A stretch of DNA of 53,835 nucleotides from a virus (taxonomy: Duplodnaviria; Caudoviricetes), in the IMG/VR virus record IMGVR_UViG_3300033067_000444, positions 1 through 53,835 of that record; one strand, 5' to 3'. The notes below the pieces were generated by a model that ran no database searches, was not told where the DNA came from, and saw only the letters and a program-made list of their open reading frames with translations. Within the stretch, counting starts at the first letter, position 1. Every line of letters begins with the position of its first letter. The translations under genes were made by a program, and so were the position numbers. Of the stretch, positions 28,083 through 36,643 are shown piece by piece.

Positions 28083-28463
28083 TCATATCCCCTCCTCAAA
28101 TGGTGTAAAACTATACTCAGCGTTTGGTATGTTCCAGTCTGGTGTGGTTGTTACGTATACTGAATAAGTGATGTGATAAAAGAATTTGTCAAACTTCATA
28201 CTTATAGGGGAAAACCCGCTAATCTTGATCCAAACCGGCTGACCTGTCCGTGCTTGCTGGCAGATCATGTCTGCGTATGGGTGAGGGTTGCATATTAAAT
28301 AGTGAGTAACAGTTCCATATGCTAAACGATCGTTGAAATCATCAACAAAGCAACTTGACCTAAGTAGTTCATATGAACTTTTGAATCTTATAATTACATC
28401 TCTGGATGCCTTCATCTCAGCAATCTGTTCCTTGCTGCCGATGTATTCTTTCCATTCACTCAT
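28083..28463 (-). CDS. Hypothetical protein
   Basis: 126 aa; tiled early gene; SD AGGAG. Confidence 0.6.
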   Translation of the reverse strand: MSEWKEYIGSKEQIAEMKASRDVIIRFKSSYELLRSSCFVDDFNDRLAYGTVTHYLICNPHPYADMICQQARTGQPVWIKISGFSPISMKFDKFFYHITYSVYVTTTPDWNIPNAEYSFTPFEEGI

Positions 28464-28636
28464 GATTTCTCCTTGTACGTTGGGCAGTCTTGGCCTTGAT
28501 CTTCATATACCATAGTTTTTGGTACGCAAATAGGTACTGGAAATTTACATTGAGCAATCTTGCGATCTATAAAATGAGGCGAATTCATAGCATTCTCTCT
28601 ATCCCAAAACTCACAATTGCCGCATTGCTTAATCAT
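28460..28636 (-). CDS. Small CxxC protein
   Basis: C.NC.FW...C....C pattern; probable start 28636. Confidence 0.55.
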   Translation of the reverse strand: MIKQCGNCEFWDRENAMNSPHFIDRKIAQCKFPVPICVPKTMVYEDQGQDCPTYKEKS

Positions 28637-28892
28637 GTTTATCGCCCCGAAGCGGAGATTCAATTAAATTATTTCTAATTAGGTAATCGACAGCATGATT
28701 TGCCAAAACATCGTCTGGGTTGATTAGTTTTATACGTCGCGATAACCTAGCAACTAAATATGTTAAATTATCTGTTATGTTTTCTAAGTTATTGTAGTCA
28801 ATGCGCGCTATCTTGCAAGCCTCGCAATCATAGTCAAATGGGTCAATTTCCATGTTTACACGCTCCGCAGTGTTTGCACTCATAATATTCAA
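28629..28892 (-). CDS. Hypothetical protein
   Basis: 87 aa, tiled; A.DYL.RN.L..SPLR ending. Confidence 0.55.
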   Translation of the reverse strand: MNIMSANTAERVNMEIDPFDYDCEACKIARIDYNNLENITDNLTYLVARLSRRIKLINPDDVLANHAVDYLIRNNLIESPLRGDKHD

Positions 28893-28964
28893 TTGAATAT
28901 CTCTCTTTGTTTTCCCAAGAATGCACTATTTCATGTCCCCACATCCAGCACAGCAATTTATTAA

Positions 28965-29381
28965 TCATGAGTTTTCCTTGATAAATTTCTCTATCTTTCT
29001 AACAACGAGAATATCTAAACGCTTGCATAATGCTTTGCACTCATCAACACTCAAACTTAACTTAGGCTCATCACTATTTAAAGTAATGTCGGTTTCCTTT
29101 ACTTCGCGCCATATTTTCTGCCCGATATCCGATCCCGAGGCATCTTCTATAAACTGGATAACCCCGTTAGAATACACTCTGTAGCCAGACCCTCTGAGAT
29201 GGAACACCTCACCGGTCTCAACAAACCTTACCTCACGTGGCTTGATTTTTTCGCAATAGACATTTATCTGGAATGCTGACTTTTCTGTCATATCCGTATG
29301 TGCGCATGGATAGTAAAACTTTTTGCTTACTATCCTCCATCCTTCCGGTAATCCTTCGACTTCGATCGTTTGCTTTGTCAT
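28965..29381 (-). CDS. Hypothetical protein
   Basis: Start moved to ATG 29381 (SD GGGGAG). Confidence 0.6.
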   Translation of the reverse strand: MTKQTIEVEGLPEGWRIVSKKFYYPCAHTDMTEKSAFQINVYCEKIKPREVRFVETGEVFHLRGSGYRVYSNGVIQFIEDASGSDIGQKIWREVKETDITLNSDEPKLSLSVDECKALCKRLDILVVRKIEKFIKENS

Positions 29382-29394
29382 AATGTTTACTCCC

Positions 29395-29970
29395 CTAAAC
29401 ATCCATATCTGCGTTAAGAATACCGAGAACTCGTTTATGTAAGAACTCGATATCACCATCGTTCGTGATTACTTGATCCTCACACCCAACAGCCAAACCC
29501 TGCTGGCTTACGTGGCTTTCAGGAGGCAAAGCGTAAGGATTACCAGGACGTCTCACGTGCCACACTACGCCGCCTTGAGACTCTAGCCAGTCCCTCTCGT
29601 TATAGAAACGCACATCACTGATTACAATACCTTTCACATTGTTATGTCCCAATGTAGCCTGGGCACGTAATTGATCCAATTTGAACGTAGCGGTTGTCAA
29701 CCAAATATCGTCAGCAACGCACATGCGACCCCACTCAGTACCGAGAGTGTTCATCGCTTCCCGTATACTCTTACCACCCAGTACGTTCAAGGGGAGGTGC
29801 TTTATGGCACGATCCTGAAGCATGTGCATCGGTATACCGAACATCGCCTGTAGACCACGGCGCAGAGGTTCTGCGAAACTGATCTTACGAAAGTCGTGGT
29901 GGTCTACCAAGTAATCCGCTATTGTGTCTTTACCGCTACCGGCAGCGCCGGTTAATCCTATTATTCTCAT
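29395..29970 (-). CDS. Deoxynucleoside monophosphate kinase
   Basis: IIGLTG.AGSGKDT P-loop, SFA.PL, LGTEWGR, ISDVRF.NE. Confidence 0.9.
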   Translation of the reverse strand: MRIIGLTGAAGSGKDTIADYLVDHHDFRKISFAEPLRRGLQAMFGIPMHMLQDRAIKHLPLNVLGGKSIREAMNTLGTEWGRMCVADDIWLTTATFKLDQLRAQATLGHNNVKGIVISDVRFYNERDWLESQGGVVWHVRRPGNPYALPPESHVSQQGLAVGCEDQVITNDGDIEFLHKRVLGILNADMDV

Positions 29971-29976
29971 GATCTT

Positions 29977-30306
29977 CTATTCCTTGTCAAGTCTTGCTAT
30001 CGCGTGTTCGTCTTTGTATACCAGATCGGGATAACGTTTTTCCAATTTAAGTCTATTAGCCGCAATCACCTGTTCGTCAGTAACTCCCAAATGGTTCAAC
30101 GCAGCTTGATAATAAAAACGTATATCACCCAATTCTTCTATTACATTTTCTACGTCAAGGGGTTTGCCGTAAACCCACTGTTTCTTGCAGGCATCTAGCA
30201 ATTCTCCTGTTTCGCCACTCAGCCCTACGGAAGCATGCATTAAGGTTGCAGCGGGAGTTTCCATCTTCTTGAACAATACCTCTACAAAATTTTGATAGTC
30301 TTTCAT
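29977..30306 (-). CDS. MazG-like NTP pyrophosphohydrolase
   Basis: GL.GE.GE..D..KK, EELGD..(F/W)Y, N..KL..RYP. Confidence 0.88.
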   Translation of the reverse strand: MKDYQNFVEVLFKKMETPAATLMHASVGLSGETGELLDACKKQWVYGKPLDVENVIEELGDIRFYYQAALNHLGVTDEQVIAANRLKLEKRYPDLVYKDEHAIARLDKE

Positions 30307-30794
30307 TTCTGTTCCTTATCCTCCGGTTCATGCCAACCTGCTTCCATCAGTTCCTTGATGACGTTGGTAGCCGGTAATTGTTTCGTAACTGGTGGCAGGT
30401 TCAGATGTTTCTCGAATTCCGGGTACGCTTCCAATAATTTCTTAACAGTTGTTATACTCTCAAGTGCGCCTGTCAAGTGGCTGCGTAACGTAGCATGTTT
30501 ACGACTCTGCTCGCTCTTTTTCTGCCGAAGATCGAGCATTACGGTATCCTTGTGTGCAGGCACCCAAGGAAATAGATATTTAGAGAAATTCATGTCCAGA
30601 AAGTAATCTGATTGGGATATGAAATTATCAGTCACATCTTTCCACGTAATATCCTTGAACACTTCCTGTTTCTTTAGGTATTCAAGTTGCAACGCCCTGA
30701 ACCGTTCCCGCATTTGCGTTTCGTAATCGACGTAGGGTAGTTCTGCCATTACGTTCGTTACGATCTTACGTTTCATTTCATTTGTTAATCGCAT
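30303..30794 (-). CDS. Nmad5-like (nucleotide-modification-associated domain 5) protein
   Basis: MRLT...K..I N-terminus and TTVKKLLE.(W/Y)PE C-terminal motif. Confidence 0.7.
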   Translation of the reverse strand: MRLTNEMKRKIVTNVMAELPYVDYETQMRERFRALQLEYLKKQEVFKDITWKDVTDNFISQSDYFLDMNFSKYLFPWVPAHKDTVMLDLRQKKSEQSRKHATLRSHLTGALESITTVKKLLEAYPEFEKHLNLPPVTKQLPATNVIKELMEAGWHEPEDKEQK

Positions 30795-30921
30795 TTCAGT
30801 ATCTCCTCTAATTGTTCTGGTGTTAAACAGTACATCCTGGCGATGACATCCTTCGATGTCGTGCCGCCCGCTACCATACGGCGTATTTCTTCTATCTTGT
30901 CTTGATCCACACTCGTCTCCT

Positions 30922-31188
30922 TTATTTAAATTTTGGTCTCAGATCGTCAAGTTTCTCGTATTCCAGCCGCAACTGCCTGCGTGCTTCAGTTACGATTGCC
31001 CACTTATCCAGTGACCCCCATTCGATACGTTTCGCAGTGGCCGCGATGTAACCTTCCAGGCACTTGATACGATTGTGAATCGTTGGTGAGTATAATCCCC
31101 TCCCCAGGCTGAACAGAAATTTAATCTCCGCTCTTAGAGCCATTCCGCTGTTACGTTCTACTTGTGCTGTAACACTATCTTTTCTCAT
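30922..31188 (-). CDS. Hypothetical protein
   Basis: 88 aa, SD GGAG, downstream of a predicted promoter. Confidence 0.6.
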   Translation of the reverse strand: MRKDSVTAQVERNSGMALRAEIKFLFSLGRGLYSPTIHNRIKCLEGYIAATAKRIEWGSLDKWAIVTEARRQLRLEYEKLDDLRPKFK

Positions 31189-31230
31189 TTTATTTATTTC
31201 TCCCTAACAGTTAATCGAAAACACAAGGCC

Positions 31231-31259
31231 AGAATATACGAGTGTTTATCACTTGTCAA
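31231..31259 (-). promoter_or_regulatory. Sigma70-like promoter
   Basis: TTGACA-17 nt-TATTCT. Confidence 0.65.
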
Positions 31260-31488
31260 CAACTATTTTGCATTCGCGTTCATATTTCTTTAGGTCGGCT
31301 ACTGACCATTGGAACTTGCTGACGGAGAAACCTACCGCTTTACAGGGAGGGGGTAAAAGCTTATTGGCTACTAAACAGCCGACTCCTGTAGCCTTCTCGT
31401 AACCGAATAGCGCCTTGACCTCTACCGCGTTCAGCTTCGCGTTATCCGGCAATTTCTTCACCCAATCGGGTAGTGTTATTTTTCGCAT
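31249..31488 (-). CDS. AlpA/excisionase-like HTH protein
   Basis: L...EV..LFG.....LPPP......W...DL pattern; start ATG 31488 (SD AGGAG). Confidence 0.55.
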   Translation of the reverse strand: MRKITLPDWVKKLPDNAKLNAVEVKALFGYEKATGVGCLVANKLLPPPCKAVGFSVSKFQWSVADLKKYERECKIVVDK

Positions 31489-31493
31489 GTCGT

Positions 31494-31775
31494 TTACTCC
31501 TTGGGGTCTTCTGTCACTTCGCGCCAGTGGGTGAAACACTTCCTGTCTTCTTCATGGAACAACTGGCTATCTAGTTGCCCCTCCTCCCGAGAGTACAGTC
31601 GTATCTCTTTCCGTAGGGGAGCGCTCTCAATCGGTAGCCAGGGGTCGAGTTCAGTGCATTCGATGGCTGCCAAGAGAGCTAAACAATTGTTGCCGCCCCT
31701 GACATACTCAGACGCAGGCAGCATTTTATTAGCTGCCAATAGTTCTTTTATTCTTTCTTTAGTAATTCCTTCCAT
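31494..31775 (-). CDS. DUF551-like hypothetical protein (paralogue of 27294..27572)
   Basis: ELDPWLPIESAP...THW pattern. Confidence 0.65.
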   Translation of the reverse strand: MEGITKERIKELLAANKMLPASEYVRGGNNCLALLAAIECTELDPWLPIESAPLRKEIRLYSREEGQLDSQLFHEEDRKCFTHWREVTEDPKE

Positions 31776-31776
31776 G

Positions 31777-32847
31777 TCAATCTCCTATTAATCCCGAAAA
31801 ATCATCCCTATCCCGTTCTGCGCCAAGGTATGCACTAATAAACGCCATTGCTGTCTGCGCTTGTATAGCGTTGCCGTAACCTTTTAACCTCATGACACGC
31901 GCTTCTTGCGTTGCATTGGCATTGATCGGTTCGCTTGTATCGCTGCTATACACCATTCCTCTGGCAATCCCATCAACCAGCGGCTTAATGCCGGATTCAA
32001 TTGGCCGGTATTTATTGTCTCGGCAGTAGATCCAGTCAACCATACCGTTCTGCCCAACAAGCAATTTATCGGCACTCTCTGTTCGCTCCCGTCCTTGTAA
32101 TCCCGTGACGTTGCTGTCGGCCATCCCGCTAACGCAACCTGCTGAGATAACGGGACTCCTGTATCGTGCGGTCTCGGCGGCTTCGATCCCCTGCTGTGAT
32201 CTTGGCTCATTGGCGTACACCATCCCGCGTACATCTGAACTTGTTCCGCTAAATTTCCCGGACTGAGAGATGTTCGGCCTGTCGCTAATCTCGCCGCCGT
32301 GCGCTTCTCCATTGATTCTTCTGATCGCTCGTTTATCACCGTCACCGATGGAGTTAGCCACCCAGTACAGTCGCTGTCTGATGTGCGCTGCGCCGATGCT
32401 GTGTGCGCCCAATACACAGTGCCCAACGGCGTAGCCTTCTGCTTCCATGTTTGTCTGTAAATCATCGAGCCATCCATGCTTAATTGCTCCTTCAACTTGT
32501 TCACCAAAGATCGCGTTAGGCTTGCACTGTCTGACCAATTCAAGGAAGTGCGGCAGAAGGTGGCGTTCGTCTGATTTTCCAAGACCTTTACCGGCTGTGC
32601 TGAATGGCTGGCATGGTAGGCTTGCTGTCCAGATTGGCCTATCTCCCCATCCTGCTCGGTTAAGACAATAGTCCCAAGTTCCGATGCCGCTAAAGAAATG
32701 CACTCTGCCGAATCCCCTGAGGTCGTTTGGCGTAACTTCCGTAATTGATCGTTCATCTACTTCCCCTTGTGTGATGTTTCCATTTTTAATTAACTGTCTT
32801 AACCATGCCGCTGCTTTTGGGTCAAATTCGTTATAGTAGGCTTTCAT
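31777..32847 (-). CDS. C5 cytosine DNA methyltransferase, alpha chain
   Basis: Motif I FFSGIG, IV PCQPFS, VI EQV, VIII R.RLYW, X RL.GYGNAI; motif IX absent from this frame. Confidence 0.9.
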   Translation of the reverse strand: MKAYYNEFDPKAAAWLRQLIKNGNITQGEVDERSITEVTPNDLRGFGRVHFFSGIGTWDYCLNRAGWGDRPIWTASLPCQPFSTAGKGLGKSDERHLLPHFLELVRQCKPNAIFGEQVEGAIKHGWLDDLQTNMEAEGYAVGHCVLGAHSIGAAHIRQRLYWVANSIGDGDKRAIRRINGEAHGGEISDRPNISQSGKFSGTSSDVRGMVYANEPRSQQGIEAAETARYRSPVISAGCVSGMADSNVTGLQGRERTESADKLLVGQNGMVDWIYCRDNKYRPIESGIKPLVDGIARGMVYSSDTSEPINANATQEARVMRLKGYGNAIQAQTAMAFISAYLGAERDRDDFSGLIGD

Positions 32848-32870
32848 GCTATTAATCCTGAAAAATCATC
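31785..32870. repeat. 22-bp direct repeat (1 mismatch) bracketing the methyltransferase gene
   Basis: CTATTAATCC(C/T)GAAAAATCATC at 31785-31806 and 32849-32870. Confidence 0.85.
31890..32756 (-). CDS. Overprinted C5 methyltransferase beta chain (M.EcoHK31I-beta-like); true start uncertain
   Basis: Alternative frame inside alpha with three GW.T(P/A) repeats and motif IX-like GQLNPALSRWLMGLP. Confidence 0.75.
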   Translation of the reverse strand: MNDQLRKLRQTTSGDSAECISLAASELGTIVLTEQDGEIGQSGQQAYHASHSAQPVKVLENQTNATFCRTSLNWSDSASLTRSLVNKLKEQLSMDGSMIYRQTWKQKATPLGTVYWAHTASAQRTSDSDCTGWLTPSVTVINERSEESMEKRTAARLATGRTSLSPGNLAEQVQMYAGWCTPMSQDHSRGSKPPRPHDTGVPLSQQVALAGWPTATSRDYKDGSEQRVPINCLLGRTVWLTGSTAETINTGQLNPALSRWLMGLPEEWCIAAIQANRSMPMQRKKRVS

Positions 32871-34895
32871 TTCGTCAACGTCTGCCGAGTGGAACGTGAC
32901 AATGTCCCCCGTAAGGCGTAACACCATTTTGTCAACCATTTTACGTATCGAACGTTTAAGGTCTGCTTTCGCATGCCCCGTGTTACCGTTCACGTAAGCA
33001 ATCAAGGCATCAATCGAAGGCCACACCTCATTGTCGTTGTAGTAATCACTCAAGCCATCGTACAGAGCAACTTCTCTCACGCCTGCGGGTTTACCATCAG
33101 GCCCTTGCGGTTTCTCGTCTGTGTGCTCTATTACGCACGACGTGATAGGTTCCAGATCGTCATCGAGTTCAAGTTCAATCTCCTCAAGTTTGAAGTGGTA
33201 CTCGAATCCGTCCTTGCCATCTTTCTGTTTTTGGTTCAAAAACGTGTGCAGGTTGCCCGTCTTCGTAACCAGATACTCAAATTCAACACCAGCACGTAAG
33301 GACGAATTGCCCCTCGCCCCCCGGGAGATATCTTTGCCTGAGTGATGTACCAGAACCACTGTCGTGTCCAATGCAGACTTAATCACATTGCACGAGTTCA
33401 ACACTTTGGTTACGTCCTGCGCTGAATTCTCGTCACCTGTCATGCAAGAAGCGTAGGTGTCTATTATCACAGCAGCAACGGGCACATCTAATGCAGCACA
33501 CGCAGCAATCAAATCCGCTACGTCCTGCGCTTTCAACAGATCCGGTCTGCCGTCGAGAACAACAATGTCCAGCTTGTCAAGCTTGTTCTTAACCAGGTAC
33601 GCCCGGATACGATTACGGAAAAAGTAAGCACCCTCCGCGCAAATATAGACGACAAGACCTTGCTTGGTCTTATGTCCACGCCACGGGATACCGCGTGCTA
33701 TGGCGCACGCGATATCAAAAGTTAGGAAAGTTTTCCCGCCACCCGAGGGGCCGTAAATATACCCGATAGCAGACATCGGTATCAGTTCTTTCATCAACCA
33801 AAGGGGTTTGCCGCCCGACGTTGCGAAGGGGACCGCTGGTTGCAGTAGATACCGTAGCGGATTTCCTTTCTTTTCCTTTTTAGCCGGTTTAGTAGGTGGC
33901 TCAAATACCTCGCCTGAGATATCATCGAAGTCGTCGAGCACTGAAATTCCCAGTACCTCCTTAAAATCTTCCGTCGTTCTTCCCGCGCAGTGGGCATGTA
34001 AACACTTAAGTGATGCATGTGCATACCCCCCTGTGTGAGGTGGCCAGTAAACGGTCGCTGAATCAGCAGACTCAGTCGTGTGTTCTCCAGCGAACGGACA
34101 GATAACATTGTATTCACCGTTTCTTCCCTCCGAAATGATTAAATCTTTTTCCGTTAACGCCTTCAGTATCGGCTCTTCCGTGTCAACCGTTATCGTCTTG
34201 CGTGCCTTCGAGGTAATGGCTGGTGCTACGCCAAATTCTGCTTGCAGGGCGTTCCATAGCTGATCGAACTGAGCAAGAGATAACTCATCGGGGTAGCAAC
34301 ACAGAGAGTGCGGCCATCGCCATTCGTACCTACTGCCACTCTCGTGAGTACCGGCTACAAGGAATTGCTGCCTGTCGCCCAGGAACTCTATGATCCCGTG
34401 TTCTGTCGTGATGACTCTTTTTGTTACAAACTCGGGACAGGCGAAAGCCACAAGGAATTTGGGCGAGCCTTCCCGCCGACGTAGGGGCAACACAACATCG
34501 AAGTTCACATACAAAAAACGGCGGATGAAAGTGTGTACCTCCGGTGACAATTCCGTATCTGTGATATCACAATCAATCGCCTTGATGTTCCTACCTATCA
34601 GGCAAATACCGTAATCTGATGTCTTCTTCCACGCCGCGACGTTACGCTCTGTAGCCCTGTGGTTCGTCCAATCACCGAAACCGGTGGCTTGACCGAAGCC
34701 GTTGTAGAAGGAAGGTGTCTTACCCACTTTCTTCATCTTCGACAAAGGTGATATCACAGCAGCGGGGTTGCATACCGCAGGGAGTAAGTCTTCCGTCAGT
34801 CCTAACTTATCCGAGAACAGATCCCAGTCTTCGGGATTTGCCCCCCATCGTTTATCCTTGGCCGTTGTCATCGGCTGCGTCCTGGCTTCGTACAT
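32844..34895 (-). CDS. Primase-helicase (prim-pol-like N-terminus, Zn-binding segment, RepA/AAA_25 helicase)
   Basis: AIDCD and AGTH.SG..Y.W primase motifs; CPF..H...C.H.HC; Walker A GPSGGGKT; Walker B VIIDT; LVHHSGK; RG.S.L. Start may be 34871. Confidence 0.88.
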   Translation of the reverse strand: MYEARTQPMTTAKDKRWGANPEDWDLFSDKLGLTEDLLPAVCNPAAVISPLSKMKKVGKTPSFYNGFGQATGFGDWTNHRATERNVAAWKKTSDYGICLIGRNIKAIDCDITDTELSPEVHTFIRRFLYVNFDVVLPLRRREGSPKFLVAFACPEFVTKRVITTEHGIIEFLGDRQQFLVAGTHESGSRYEWRWPHSLCCYPDELSLAQFDQLWNALQAEFGVAPAITSKARKTITVDTEEPILKALTEKDLIISEGRNGEYNVICPFAGEHTTESADSATVYWPPHTGGYAHASLKCLHAHCAGRTTEDFKEVLGISVLDDFDDISGEVFEPPTKPAKKEKKGNPLRYLLQPAVPFATSGGKPLWLMKELIPMSAIGYIYGPSGGGKTFLTFDIACAIARGIPWRGHKTKQGLVVYICAEGAYFFRNRIRAYLVKNKLDKLDIVVLDGRPDLLKAQDVADLIAACAALDVPVAAVIIDTYASCMTGDENSAQDVTKVLNSCNVIKSALDTTVVLVHHSGKDISRGARGNSSLRAGVEFEYLVTKTGNLHTFLNQKQKDGKDGFEYHFKLEEIELELDDDLEPITSCVIEHTDEKPQGPDGKPAGVREVALYDGLSDYYNDNEVWPSIDALIAYVNGNTGHAKADLKRSIRKMVDKMVLRLTGDIVTFHSADVDEDDFSGLIA

Positions 34896-35184
34896 TGGCT
34901 ATGTCTTCGAGGGTAAGAAGTGGAGGGATTATCGCACTGTTCAAGTCAGCTTCACCTTGGACACTTGACAGGATTAGCGCGTCAAATATTTTCGCTCGTA
35001 TCCTGTTAGCCGCTCCAACAATCGCCATCGCTAGACGCACACGGGGATTCTCTCTGTGCCCACCAGCCAACACGTACAGGTAGTTCAACGAACAGCCAGA
35101 ACGCTTGGCCAGTTCTTCTTTCATAGCTTTATCTGATACACTTAACCACTGCGCTAGTTTAACAATCGGTCGTTTTCCTTTCAC
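34852..35184 (-). CDS. Cro-like HTH transcription regulator
   Basis: ELA..SGCS..YL..LA.G.R pattern; first gene of the divergent leftward operon; SD GGAGG. Confidence 0.65.
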   Translation of the reverse strand: MKGKRPIVKLAQWLSVSDKAMKEELAKRSGCSLNYLYVLAGGHRENPRVRLAMAIVGAANRIRAKIFDALILSSVQGEADLNSAIIPPLLTLEDIANVRSQDAADDNGQG

Positions 35185-35278
35185 GTCAATACCTCCTAGA
35201 ATTTATTAGTGCAAACAAGATACCACAACTAATGCACAAAGAAAACTATCACTTGTAAAAAATAATTTCACAAATGTG

Positions 35279-35307
35279 TTGACATGTGTTTTCGATGGGA
35301 GTAAATT
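35279..35307 (+). promoter_or_regulatory. Sigma70-like early promoter of the rightward replication operon
   Basis: TTGACA-17 nt-TAAATT with an upstream A-tract in the divergent control region. Confidence 0.7.
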
Positions 35308-35355
35308 TCGTTTCGTGGTTCAGAAATTCTTTTTAACTTTTAACGTAACGGAGAT

Positions 35356-35637
35356 TTGAAAATGAGAATTAAATTATTTGGATTTGAAATAGTTATACGT
35401 AGACCGATACCAAGAAACACGGCGCAAGTGAACGCCGCATTGTGGAATCGTTCGCCTCACGTAGCAACGCAGTTAGGCGAACTTAACGAAGCGCAGTTAC
35501 GTAACGAGCTATACGTGATCCAGCACAACCTTAGCATTGGTTTGTGCGCCATAATGACTCAAGACGCGCACCGCTCGATATTGTTTCACCCAAGAAGCAC
35601 GTCACCGACGGTATTAACCGGAAGAATAATAGATTGA
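35356..35637 (+). CDS. Hypothetical protein
   Basis: First ORF after the promoter; SD GGAG. Confidence 0.5.
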   Translation: MKMRIKLFGFEIVIRRPIPRNTAQVNAALWNRSPHVATQLGELNEAQLRNELYVIQHNLSIGLCAIMTQDAHRSILFHPRSTSPTVLTGRIID

Positions 35638-35677
35638 TTTTCAGTGTTATAATATAAATTTACCAGGAGAAATTACC

Positions 35678-36082
35678 ATGCACGGACTTGTAACCTTAAA
35701 CAAATTGAATGTACTTGCAGCACAGAACGCACCAGGTGCGGCAGAAGCAGCACTGGCAGAGGCAGACGCTTCACGAGAAGGGAAACCTTCTAACCTTGAG
35801 GTAGCACAGGCACACTTCCAGGCTGAACGTAGAGCTGAACGTAGAGCAAAACGTGAAGCAGTAATCGCTGACCCCACAGCGAAAAGCTGCGAAGAACTTA
35901 TCAGCTTGTCTCGTGGTTGCGGAGTAGAATGCACACCGCTTGAAGCAGCACTGGCGAACAAACTGGAACAGACTATCGAGCCACAAGATATTTGGGAAGG
36001 TTCTGCCGCAGAAGCGGGTGGTGGAGGAGGGGCACTAGAAAGCGGTTTCGCGAAACCAAAACGCTACGCTTTGCCTATATAG
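35678..36082 (+). CDS. Hypothetical protein
   Basis: 134 aa, SD AGGAG, Ala/Glu-rich. Confidence 0.65.
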   Translation: MHGLVTLNKLNVLAAQNAPGAAEAALAEADASREGKPSNLEVAQAHFQAERRAERRAKREAVIADPTAKSCEELISLSRGCGVECTPLEAALANKLEQTIEPQDIWEGSAAEAGGGGGALESGFAKPKRYALPI

Positions 36083-36104
36083 ATAGAAGGTAAGCAAGCG
36101 CAAC

Positions 36105-36131
36105 GAAGCACTCCTAACCGGGTGCTTCTTT
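36105..36131 (+). terminator. Rho-independent terminator
   Basis: GAAGCACTC-CTAACC-GGGTGCTTC-TTT. Confidence 0.6.
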
Positions 36132-36164
36132 AACGGAATTTTATCAACCAAGAAGGAGAAACAC

Positions 36165-36641
36165 ATGTTAGAAAAGTTATTAGAAACACTTGTACGAATC
36201 GCGGTAGCGTTGGAAATTATCGCGAACAAGGAACCAGCCGCCACGATCACCGAAACGTATAAACATCAGAATGCCTCGACCGATAAACTGTCCGACCAGG
36301 AACTTGAGAAGCAGTTGAAATCCCGTACAAATCTTGTCAAAAAAGAAGAGGCCAAACCTGAAGCCAAGAAACCCGAAACGAAGAAGGCTGAAACCAAGAA
36401 GGCTGCTGAAGACGAAGTAACCTTCGATCAATGCAAGGCATCCTTCCTGACGCTGGCCAAGGGGTTACGTGACGTTCACGGTGTCGAGAAAATGAAGAAG
36501 ATAACCCTCGGCATACTGAACGACTTCACTGGCGGACAGCCCCTCTCTACCGCCTCGTTACTTGAAGACAAGTATCTGGATTTCTACAAAGCGGTAGAAG
36601 ATAGCTTGTCTAACCTGAACGCAGCGAACACGGAAGAGTAA
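36165..36641 (+). CDS. Hypothetical protein preceding DUF2800
   Basis: RIA.ALE N-terminus, Lys/Glu/Pro linker, helical C-terminus; typical synteny. Confidence 0.7.
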   Translation: MLEKLLETLVRIAVALEIIANKEPAATITETYKHQNASTDKLSDQELEKQLKSRTNLVKKEEAKPEAKKPETKKAETKKAAEDEVTFDQCKASFLTLAKGLRDVHGVEKMKKITLGILNDFTGGQPLSTASLLEDKYLDFYKAVEDSLSNLNAANTEE

Positions 36642-36643
36642 TC

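Noticed and set aside
31249-31488. Excisionase as evidence of an integration module
   Set aside because: No integrase or att-like duplication of the tRNA 3' end seen; an AlpA-like HTH alone is insufficient.
35821-35847. 12-bp tandem duplications (also at ~46885-46908)
   Set aside because: Short in-frame duplications in low-complexity helical segments; no sign of function.
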